The notes beneath the pieces are model-generated. The model saw only the letters and a program-made list of their open reading frames with translations. It was not told the origin of the DNA and did no database searches. A DNA stretch of 63,757 bases, filler included, from Octopus bimaculoides (lineage: Eukaryota): assembly GCF_001194135.2 (NCBI RefSeq). It is 5 parts of 5 records of this genome, joined end to end, with 100 filler letters (N's around TTAATTAATTAA, not from the genome) between each part and the next. Parts side by side here need not be neighbours in the genome. Positions count along the whole stretch, not along the records: positions 1 to 27,578 come from NC_068983.1; positions 27,679 to 55,431 come from NC_068993.1; 3 more parts are not named here. The stretch is one strand, 5' to 3'. Numbering within the stretch: position 1 is the stretch's first letter; every line of letters begins with the position of its first letter. Shown in pieces: positions 24,094 through 34,460 of the stretch. The position numbers and the translations under genes were made by a program.

Positions 24094-24270
24094 GCTTGGC
24101 AAGTGAAATGATTATGCAATTAATCAGAGCAAGCAATTAAATCAATTTGCAGAGTAGACAATAAATTATATATATCAAGATATTATCAGCAGCAAGATGC
24201 TGGAGTTGTTCTATGTGTCTCCATTTGTCAGAGTTGACCATTTATATGCACCTGTGTGCAACAAGCCTAA
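24094..24270 (+). other. Candidate plus-strand exon (stops in all three frames)
   Basis: Acceptor atttcatttaattgcatag| and donor aa|gtaagg; a further acceptor ggttttcttttag| lies at 24861. Confidence 0.3.
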
Positions 24271-24529
24271 GTAAGGGTTGAGTGGTTTTAGGGGTTTTTA
24301 ATGGGAAACAGGCAGAAAGCCTGCTGCTATAGTACCATACCACTTGGCACTAGTGTAATCACAGACAATACTAGCAGACTTCAAAAGTCCAGAACAGAAA
24401 CTGCAAAGTATTTTGTTTGTTACTTTATAACACTATTACCAATCCAGTCCTCTTGATTAGTATTATTTTTATGACCATGGGAAGACAAAAAGTAAAGTTG
24501 ATCAAAGCAAGAGGTATTACTTCCCTATT

Positions 24530-24730
24530 GTAAGGGAGCAAGCTGGCAGAATCATTAGCACACCAGGCAAAATGCTTATCAGTATTTCATCCATCCTTAT
24601 ATTCTGAGTTCGAATTCTACCAAGGTTGACTTTTGAGTCAATAAAATAAGGGACAGTTGAGCACTGGGATCGATGTAATTGACCAATCCCTCCCCAAAAA
24701 TTGCTGGCCTTGTGCCAAAACTTGAAAGTA
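24530..24730 (+). mobile_element. SINE family A, heavily CpG-decayed
   Basis: gagcaagctggcagaatcattagcacaccaggcaaaatgc...ccaaaaattgctggccttgtgccaaaacttgaaag. Confidence 0.88.
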
Positions 24731-25186
24731 ATATTTCCGTATGGACATCTCATAAATAATGTGGTTTTTTTAATACTTTTATTTTTCAAAATTAAGATAA
24801 AGTTCTTTTTTAATCTAAAATATACTCTTTTAGTGAGGAAGTGGGCATGGTTTTCTTTTAGGTGTAAGAGAGAGACATCAGTCTAGCAGTGTGTGAACTC
24901 ACAAGTTGAGTGGCCAGGAGACAGGTGAAAAGCTAAGCACAAGAGAGAAAGTGCCAGAGAGAGCCAAGCAAAAGAGAAGGAGAATTGCACTGTACATTGC
25001 TTTTTATAGTCAACCAGTAGTAATGCCACCTGTTGACAATCCTACCAGAAGTTGCAACATATCCCAAAATATTCTGTAGTGAAGGGAATGAACTCTCATT
25101 TATTTCCCTTTCTCTCCATGGTAACTATTAACATATTTACATTGTCAAGGTTTTTTAAAACCGAGATAATATTAAAATATACATAA

Positions 25187-25222
<36 letters not shown>

Positions 25223-25372
25223 TATGTGTGTGTGTATGTATATAGTTCAAATGTACAGAAGACAAAGATAGGTGAGGGAACACAAAGCAGGTGTGTTAGT
25301 TTGACACTTAGTGAAAATGTAAGAGTCCTTAATGTTTCAAGCTTATTGGTCTTCAACAGAAAGGGGTGAGAA

Positions 25373-25409
<37 letters not shown>

Positions 25410-25970
25410 TATATAAGAGAGAGAGAGAAATACAGTGAACAGGAATGCATGACACCTTGGTAAACTGTTTCTTTTACCATGTGCCTGGGTTGATCCCCAA
25501 AACTACTTAATAGAAAAGTGAACTTCTAAGCTATACAATAATGCCTGCATCTATGACCTTATTAAAATTATTAAACTTAAACCGACCACTACAATGACCA
25601 GTAAATTGAAAATGAAAAATGATAAAAGGAAAATTTTAACAAGAGGAAGTCTAAGAAACCTATCACTTCTTTGTGAATATTGTAAAGTGAATCAACAGTT
25701 GATTAGATGCGTTATTCTTTTTGTGGTTTCAATTATCAAACAGCAACTATGCTGGGGAGGTTGCATCAATGGGTTTTAATCAGTTGCTTTGGCACTAGTT
25801 ATTTCAGTCTGGTACTTATATTATTGATTTCTGTTGATTGAATGATTAGATTTTATTTGCTTAAAAGAATATAAGCTGACACTGATAACATAAAAAGAAT
25901 AATGATTAACACTGCTAGTTCTGGTATACCCAAATGTAGATACATATACACAAACACACCTACACATTGC

Positions 25971-26004
<34 letters not shown>

Positions 26005-26024
26005 ATAAATGTGAACACATGTGC

Positions 26025-26068
<44 letters not shown>

Positions 26069-26623
26069 NNNNNNNNNNNNNNNNNNNNNNNNNNNNNNNN
26101 NNNNNNNNNNNNNNNNNNNNNNNNNNNNNNNNNNNNNNNNNNNNNNNNNNNNNNNNNNNNNNNNNNNNNNNNNNNNNNNNNNNNNNNNNNNNNNNNNNNN
26201 NNNNNNNNNNNNNNNNNNNNNNNNNNNNNNNNNNNNNNNNNNNNNNNNNNNNNNNNNNNNNNNNNNNNNNNNNNNNNNNNNNNNNNNNNNNNNNNNNNNN
26301 NNNNNNNNNNNNNNNNNNNNNNNNNNNNNNNNNNNNNNNNNNNNNNNNNNNNNNNNNNNNNNNNNNNNNNNNNNNNNNNNNNNNNNNNNNNNNNNNNNNN
26401 NNNNNNNNNNNNNNNNNNNNNNNNNNNNNNNNNNNNNNNNNNNNNNNNNNNNNNNNNNNNNNNNNNNNNNNNNNNNNNNNNNNNNNNNNNNNNNNNNNNN
26501 NNNNNNNNNNNNATATATGCCAATAAAATACAAGTAAAGATATGTAATTTATGATGTTATGATAAAGTTTAAATCACTTGCTTTATTCTGTTTTTGTGTG
26601 TCTCTGCATCCATCCATACATAC

Positions 26624-26667
<44 letters not shown>

Positions 26668-26764
26668 ATAATAATATTAGGGACAAAATCCAAAATTACA
26701 AGTAAAAACTCAATTCAAATCAATTTATAAAAAATTTAAATTAAATTGAGCTTTATAGATTATA

Positions 26765-26813
<49 letters not shown>

Positions 26814-26919
26814 TTCGGAGGGAATTATTATCTGGGCAAACACTGTATTGGCTGTCAGTTAAGTTCCACATAACGGCTAACCACTTCAATCAGTATTTAA
26901 CGTCTGTGACTACTATTTG

Positions 26920-27165
26920 TTCATTATTTACATTATTTACATTTGATGGATATTTGTCCTCATCTTGTTTGTTGTTAACATGTTTCGGCTGATATACCCT
27001 CCAGCCTTCATCAGGTGTCTTGAGGAAATTTTGAACCTGGGTTCTCATTCCAAAGGTACTTTTCAATGTTATTATTATTATTAGTAGTAGTATTCAGGTC
27101 ACTGCCTGGAAACAAACTCGGAATCTTGAGGCTAGTAGCCCGCGCTCTTAACCACTATGCCATAT
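26920..27165 (-). mobile_element. tRNA-headed SINE (family D) containing a hammerhead-ribozyme-like core
   Basis: A box TGGCATAGTGG (27152-27162), degenerate B box gagtttgtttcc (27108-27119), an (AAT)n linker, then CTGATGA-a-GGCTG-gagggtatat-CAGCC-GAAAC, and a (gtaaataat) repeat tail. Confidence 0.8.
26975..27021 (-). ncRNA. Hammerhead ribozyme core (type I, minimal PLE-like), cleavage triplet apparently lost
   Basis: CUGAUGA at 27008-27014, 5-bp stem II at 27002-27006/26987-26991, GAAAC at 26982-26986, partial stem I gaca/tgtt; no intact GUH after GAAAC. Confidence 0.65.
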
Positions 27166-27179
27166 TTGTTGTTAGTTAC

Positions 27180-27215
27180 TCTGTGAATTCTTCCGATGGA
27201 TAATTCTGTGTTTCA
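27180..27215 (-). other. Candidate 36-nt minus-strand exon (phase 2-2, ETQNYPSEEFT)
   Basis: Acceptor ctattttatcatccag| and donor aga|gtaact; in frame with the candidate first exon. Confidence 0.25.
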
Positions 27216-27529
27216 CTGGATGATAAAATAGTCAGGAGTATATATTACTAATAATAAGGAATACAGCGATGTGTTCATCCACAAGTACAGCTTTAGGATC
27301 TGTCCATTTGATCAGTTTTGAAGCTCCGTCAAATATAGTGCCAGGTTGCATCTGCAACTGCTATTAGCCTGTGCAATGGAAACGTGTTTAGGTAGTTATA
27401 ATATGCCGTATAAAATTACAAGAAAAATTTTGTGGACAAACAAGTCTCCATACTCTTTATTATTGATGATATAACACAGACAAAGGTATATAGAGACAGA
27501 CAGACAAATATATGTAGAGAGAGAGAGAC

Positions 27530-27578
<49 letters not shown>

Positions 27579-27725
27579 NNNNNNNNNNNNNNNNNNNNNN
27601 NNNNNNNNNNNNNNNNNNNNNNTTAATTAATTAANNNNNNNNNNNNNNNNNNNNNNNNNNNNNNNNNNNNNNNNNNNNGTGTCACATAGCTAGCTAGAGG
27701 CGATGGCTTCTTGGAGCTAATTTAC

Positions 27726-27835
27726 GGCAGCTTTCGTCCTAATTTTGGGACTGCCATGTTGGCTTGGCGATAACTATTAATTTCCAGTACCGCTGCCGTA
27801 GTCTCCTTTAGAGAGACTTAGAAATATTAATAACT
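27726..27835 (-). other. Candidate first coding exon: gccaacATGGCA..., MAVPKLGRKL(P)
   Basis: Strong start context at 27757, donor GCC|gtaaat at 27725, CpG-rich; contig edge at 27679. Confidence 0.35.
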
Positions 27836-27836
27836 C

Positions 27837-27867
<31 letters not shown>

Positions 27868-28079
27868 CAATGAATATATACTCGCGCGCACACACACAAA
27901 CACAAACACACGCACTTGTATATATATATTTATACAGAGAGGGGGAGAGAGAGAAAGCGAGAGAGATAGAGAGTGCAATACATAGGGAGAGAGAGAGAGA
28001 GACAAAGAGAAAGAGAGGGAATGAGAAACAGTTTAAATAAGAATTATCTGAGAAATGACCCATCACAACAAACACTGAT

Positions 28080-28230
28080 TAATGTCGTACGTGTTATAAT
28101 TAATGGCTATTTTAGCAGCTTACTCTGCGCGGTAGATAACATGTCATGGGCGCATGTGCATAATATTCTCACAAGCGTTAACATTATTATCCATAACAAA
28201 AAAAAATATGGCGCCTCTATAGAGGCCTTT
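28080..28230. promoter_or_regulatory. Promoter-like CpG cluster
   Basis: NRF1-like gcgcatgtgca, YY1-like aaatatggcgcc, and 14-bp palindrome gcctctatagaggc. Confidence 0.3.
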
Positions 28231-28399
28231 GGGATTTTCAGTTAAAAAATTAATCAGTAATATATTCTTAAATTCTCTTTCACGTTGTGTTGCCATGTCT
28301 TTTCTCCTCATTTTTTAAATTATATTCCTTCAATCTTCTCATTCACACTCTCCATTACATTCTCACGCACATAAATGTAACGATACACATTCAGATATA

Positions 28400-28699
28400 A
28401 ACACATATACACGAAAGACAAGAACACAAATACACACACATATGTATGGATGTATGTATGTATGTATGTGTGTGCATGTATATCTGCATGTTTGTGTGTA
28501 TGAATGTGTGTGTGTATGAATATGTATATGTATCTATGTATGTATGCATGTATATATACATGCACAACTAATTTCTTACATATGTAAATACGTAAAACAT
28601 TCGTATATGCATACAATAGATACATCGTTCTTGCATACATATATAAATGTATGGAACATACATGCATATATATATATGTATGTATATATATACATATAT

Positions 28700-28732
<33 letters not shown>

Positions 28733-28920
28733 NNNNNNNNNNTATATATATATATGTATATATATGTATATATATATATGTATATATATATATACATACA
28801 TATATATGTATGCATGCATAGATACATACATGCATACATAGACACATACACACATACACACATACATACATACATACATACATACATACATACATACATA
28901 CATACATACATAAGAACGCA
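28400..28920. repeat. Compound TATG/TA/CATA microsatellite spanning a small gap
   Basis: Direct reading; source of several spurious ORFs. Confidence 0.95.
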
Positions 28921-29346
28921 CGTATTTCAGACTGAGAGTGACGGGAAGAGAGGTGAAATTGAATTATATTCAAATATGTGGAATTAAGAATATATAAATT
29001 TCTTCAGCTGACGGCCATGACATTCAGGGAATTGTTGGACATCTAAGCGTAACTTTGATGATAAATTGCTTTCTTGTATATACTTATCAATTGCTGACAA
29101 CTTACAGATAAACGACCTCGTCCTATTTCATATAGTGTTTTATTATATTGATTAATCGAATGATCACCTCGTATATTCTGAATTGTTTCAGATGCAAGTC
29201 AGTTTTGAGAAAAATTAAAACAATGACAGAGCTTCTCTCTGCTTTTGTATATCTTCCTCACCTTCTTTTCCCCACTTTGTGTCGGTCTTTGTGTTTTTTC
29301 TAACACTGTTTATATGTATGTACGTATGTATCACTCTATCTCTCTC

Positions 29347-29397
<51 letters not shown>

Positions 29398-29855
29398 CTA
29401 TACACGCACACACACACACACACACACACATATATTTAGATAGACAGATAAATAGATATTAGAGAGACAGAGGGAAAGAGAGACAAGGAATGATAGTGAG
29501 GGAGGGGGAAGTCGATAGATATCACCTTGAAGAGTTTTGTCGAAAACAGAAGGCTTGTGTTACATGGTTAAAGTATATATTTAAATTATGTCAGAAAAAT
29601 GTAAGAAAAATATTAGAAAAATGTTATAAAATCTTTTTGGTATATAAACATTGTATTTTGAGAAATAACCGGTTTCGTGTTGTCTTTTCAAATTTCTCTA
29701 CTTCATTGTGTCGTGTTCGTTCCAGTCTATATATACACATACACACACACACTTGGAATAATACTTTCCCATCAACGAACATAAATAACCCCCCACACAC
29801 ACGTCTACTCTTTCACTCCCACATATATATGTGTGTGTTTTTGTGACCCTATTAA

Positions 29856-29903
<48 letters not shown>

Positions 29904-30411
29904 CGTGATTGTTTTGTAATAATCGTTCTGGCCCTCTGCGCTCTGATTTTAAATTCTGCTAATTAACAACTTTGACTCATCTTTTCGTCGTCGATAAAAT
30001 AAATGACTAGTACCGTTCCTCTGTGACAAGAGTGTTTCCATGTCTGATGGGACAATACAGCTATCTAAAACAACAATCGAAGGAGTGGCCATTCACATGC
30101 TCTTATACATGCATACAAATATGTTATATATGTGAGTGTATGGCGATACACGAGGGAATATATACGTATATATAAATATGAATACACACACACGTAAAAA
30201 AGTCAACAAGAAGAGTACTCCATCTAATGAGACTCCAATATTAATATATGGGTTTCACTCCACATGTATTACACGCGTGAGAAATAGTTGTGCATTGCAT
30301 ACATGACAAGTATGCTCATCAGGTGTTGATTATTCTATGAAACCAAGAAGTTTAAATAGAGGACCGAGGTAGAGGCATTAGTTTCACTTCTAACCCGTGT
30401 GTGCATGTGTT

Positions 30412-30453
<42 letters not shown>

Positions 30454-31214
30454 TGTTTGCATATTCTTATAAAGTTATACATATATGTTTGTATATTCTT
30501 ATAAATATATACATACACATATGTGTGTGTGTTTGATTGTTTTCATTTTCGGTATGATCCAGTGTTAATATAAACAAATTACAAATAAAAAAGAAAAATA
30601 GAAAATAATAGATCTTTGGTATAAGTGAAACAAATAAGAATTCCTAGCTGATGTATTGTGTATAATTTCAATAGATTCCTACAGGGAGACAAAAATATTT
30701 TACAGAATGTTAATGTGAACACAGAAAATGGCGAAGGAATGTATCGATGTATAGATAACATTATCAGTGCAAGTATGTCTGAAGGGAAGAATATTATTAA
30801 CGTTATCTGATTAGCATATGCAAATATTTGCATTTATATGCAAATATATGCAAGCATAAGTTAATATATGCAAGTATGTGAAAATATATGCAAGTATATG
30901 AACATTTTGTGCAGTTGTCTTGTATTTGTCTATGTGATACGGAACGTCTGTGTCCATAAATATAGAAAATATGATAAACTGTAAATTTTGTTATCCATAA
31001 ATTATAAGGGATATAGCAATGTGTTTTTTTTTCCTTCTGCACCACAAGTTGATTAATGAATCGCTAAGACAATCCATGTTGAGTTTCCGTTAAAAATGTT
31101 AAAGTAAGGATAAACCAAAGTGAATTCAATACGTGTTTACTAAGACTAATTTTGATACACAAGGCGCGGTGGATTTGCATAAACGTCACAACGTCCGTCA
31201 AAATGCTTTCACAT

Positions 31215-31375
31215 ATTAAGTGAAGCGCTCAACGTTCTTATTTCAAATCAAGTCGAGATAAAATTTTAATTCTATCCTTTGAGGGTCGATAGAATGAAGT
31301 ACCAGATTATGTACTGAGGTTGTTACAACTGTGTACTCTACATCCCCTGAAAATTGTTGGCGTTGTACCTAAAGC
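31215..31375 (+). mobile_element. SINE family A, decayed
   Basis: ttcaaatcaagtcgag...gagggtcgatagaatgaagtaccag...cccctgaaaattgttggcgttgtacc. Confidence 0.6.
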
Positions 31376-31929
31376 GTTAAAAGCATACAGTTATATATGG
31401 TTGTATACACGTATATACATATTTTTGTTTCATTGTGTAAAAACCAGTATAACTGAAGCACAAACAAATTTATGAAGCAGAACTTTAACCTCGGACATTG
31501 CCATGAAAATATGCGGAGTTGTTTACTAATTTAAAAAATATTGTTAAAGAGCTGCTAGAATATTTTTCCCGTATTGATAATCCCTCACTAATAACTCTGG
31601 TTTGATATTTCACATATATATAAATATCTACATACATATATGTACACAAACGCGTTTTCATATACACAATCATATGCGCACTCGTAAATCGTTTATATTT
31701 TACATGTCTCAATCCATAGACAGCGGTCATATTGTGATATCACCTTGAAGAGTTTTGTCGAAAACAGAAATCGGCGCGTGCACATATTTGCTTTAAAATT
31801 TGAGACTTACTTTTCCCTCGCTATTGTCTAACCGCTAGTTTAAAGGGACAAAATTGCTTGTCAAGCAGATGGAGTGTAAGCACAACGGTATACAAACATA
31901 CAAACATATTTATTTGTCTGTCTGTCTAT

Positions 31930-32125
31930 CCATATATGTACACACGCATACACATATTCACACACATATACTGAAAACTTCCAAGAGTTTTCGTCTATCA
32001 AATTCGCTCACAGAGCATCGACCAGCCCTGTGCTAAAATAGAAGATACTTGCCTAAGATGCTACGCAATGCAATTACACCAGAAACTAGGTGACTTGAAA
32101 GCAGATTTCTTAATCAGAGAGCAAT
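31930..32125 (-). mobile_element. SINE family B head fragment, decayed
   Basis: tagaagatacttgcctaagatgctacgcaatg is the reverse complement of the CORE-like segment. Confidence 0.6.
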
Positions 32126-32381
32126 GTCTACATCTATATACATGTATTTAGTTTCGTTATCACTTATATTCATTGCAGGTGGGAGCGTCAGTAATCCCGT
32201 AGCACATGCATATGAAAAAAATTGCCGCAAAAGATTGCTAAAGCGATTTGTTGTCATAGGCATTGCAAGAGGTCGTCAGATTTGACGCTTCAGCTAATTT
32301 TGCCCTGATACTTTTGATAAAATTCATTGATGAATCATTAGTGAAACCAGTTATTTACGCAACCAATAACTTCTGCAGACT

Positions 32382-32830
32382 TAAGGCGGCGAGCAGGCAA
32401 AATCGTTAACACGCCGGGCATAGTGCATAGCTGCATTTAGTTCGTTTTCAGGTTCTGAGTTCAAATTCCGCAGAGGTCGATTTGCCTATAATAAGTAGCA
32501 ATTAAGTGCTGGGGGCGATGTAATCACCTTGTCACCTACCCCGAAATTGATGTCCTTGTGCCAAAACTTGAAATCAATGTTATCTATACATTTAAGGAGG
32601 CGGGCTGATAAAAGTGCTGTCACGCAGCGCGAAATGTTTAACGGCATTTCGTCTGTTTTTATATTTTGAGTTCAAATTTCGCCGTTGTCGACTTTACATT
32701 TCCTCCATTCGAGTCGATGAAGTAAATGTCAATTGAGCACTGAGGCGGATTGTAATCGACTAAACTTGCTGGCCTTGTGCCAAAATTTGAAACCGACTAA
32801 ATCCCTTACCCCCAAATATCACGCCTTGAA
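32382..32830 (+). mobile_element. Two tandem SINE family A copies (about 32382-32580 and 32592-32830)
   Basis: aaggcggcgagcaggcaaaatcgttaacacgccggg and aaggaggcgggctgataaaagtgc heads, each with a ccttgtgccaaaa tail. Confidence 0.85.
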
Positions 32831-33084
32831 CCTATAATAGAAAACAATATTTTCGGTAGACCTAATATTCTAACAGTATATGATGTCGTTACTTCAGTGA
32901 TTAGGATGAAATGTTCACGGATCCGGTCTTGATTTTTCATATCGTTCCACTTCAATTAAATGGAAATATTTCCGTCCTTACAAAATAGAAAAAAAAAACA
33001 AAAAAAAAACATAACAAACAATAAAATAATACTCTAGGGTGTAATCAAAAGACAATTGCTAAAACATCAACCAACACATCAGCA

Positions 33085-33093
33085 GCAAGATCC

Positions 33094-33166
<73 letters not shown>

Positions 33167-33219
33167 ATTTGACATCATCACTGACATCTACTACTACTAC
33201 TACTACTGCTGCTGCTACA

Positions 33220-33268
<49 letters not shown>

Positions 33269-33269
33269 T

Positions 33270-33307
<38 letters not shown>

Positions 33308-33350
33308 TTACTACTACTACTACTACTAATACTACTACTACTACTAGCAT
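33085..33350. repeat. (CAT)n followed by (ACT)n trinucleotide repeats
   Basis: Direct reading; source of the poly-D/V/T/S ORFs. Confidence 0.97.
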
Positions 33351-33789
33351 CATTTGCGTGTCTACACCGAACAAATCTACATACAGGCAGTTCGCTAAAA
33401 TTCACAGTTTTAATTACCATTTCATTTTGGAACTGTTCGACCGAAAGCAATCAATTTGTCATAAAAACAGAGTCTGCCTTAGCAACATTGATTGGCGTGT
33501 GAATTCATTAGAAATTTTAGGAAAACTAAATGCAATTTCCTGTCCACAACGATTGGAAAGTGTTTTATAAATAATATTGATTACTTGTCTCGTCACAAAA
33601 GTCGTCAAATTTACAGAATAGCATCTTTAAAATTTTGTAACGTTCGTGAAAATATTTTAGCAAAGGTCGCCGGACTTGTAAAGGGGAATTAACTCACGTC
33701 AGTTTTGAATCGAAACCAAGCCGCTGTTTTTACATGCCAGACACGTTACTTCATTCTGTGTACATCATTTAATGTAATAGTTTCCAATT

Positions 33790-34000
33790 TGAAGGCAGAG
33801 AGTTGACAGACAGAGTCGTCAGCATGCCGTTCAAAATTACTAGCGGCATATCGTGCTTCTTTACACACTGAGTTCAAATTGCGCCGAGGTCGACCCTGCC
33901 TTTTATTCGTTAGGGGTCGATAAAATAAGTACTAGTTGAGTACTGGAGTTGACGTAATCAAATTGCCCCGAACTTGCTAATCTTGTGATAAATTATGAAA
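33790..34000 (+). mobile_element. SINE family A
   Basis: gagttcaaattgcgccgaggtcgac...ggggtcgataaaataagtactagttgagtactgg. Confidence 0.85.
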
Positions 34001-34084
34001 CAAATATAGTTACCAATTTTTTCACTTGGCCGGCAACTTTTTTTTTGATGGAGTGGCAAATCGAGTAATATTAATAATATATAC

Positions 34085-34460
34085 ATGTAATTTAGGGACA
34101 AGCCTAGCCTTTTGTGGCGAGTGGGTTAGACGATAATTTCGACCCTACAACTTGATTCGTACTTCATTTTATCGACTGCAAAAAGAAGAGAAGGTAAAGA
34201 TGACCTCGGCGGGATGTAAATTCGGAACGTAAAGTATTGAAATACCACCAGGTATTCTACTGATTCTGGCAATCCATTAACCTCTAATTACTTGCACCAC
34301 AGAGAGAAGGCCTGAAATTTGGGTGATGAAAATAGTTTATCTCGAATGCTTTATTTTATTAAGCATGAAAGAGAGAAATGCAAAGCTGACGGCAGCGGGA
34401 TTTGAACTTGAAACGGTAAAAGCCGGAAGGAATGCTGTAACGACTTCTTCTCCGACGTAT
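34085..34460 (-). mobile_element. SINE family A copy (about 34085-34290) plus a head fragment (about 34380-34460)
   Basis: cgtacttcattttatcgac...gatgacctcggcggga and gcagcgggatttgaacttgaaacg. Confidence 0.72.

Noticed and set aside
25960-26554. Long ORFs running through N-gaps (also 41419-42105, 43277-44143, 47613-48653, 50413-51493, 52332-52929)
   Set aside because: They are open only because N codons and microsatellites contain no stops.
27240-27370. Minus-strand frame LQMQPGTIFDGASKLIKWTDPKAVLVDEHIA
   Set aside because: Phase-incompatible with the candidate first exon, no convincing donor before the stop, and no family recognised.
27623-27634. TTAATTAATTAA 12-mer centred in N-runs (also at 55476-55487, 61164-61175, 62693-62704)
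   Set aside because: It is identical four times, always inside gaps, and has stops in all six frames: a scaffolding spacer, not biology.
33045-33570. Poly-D, poly-T, poly-V and poly-S ORFs
   Set aside because: Pure (CAT)n/(ACT)n repeats open in several frames; no flanking coding evidence.
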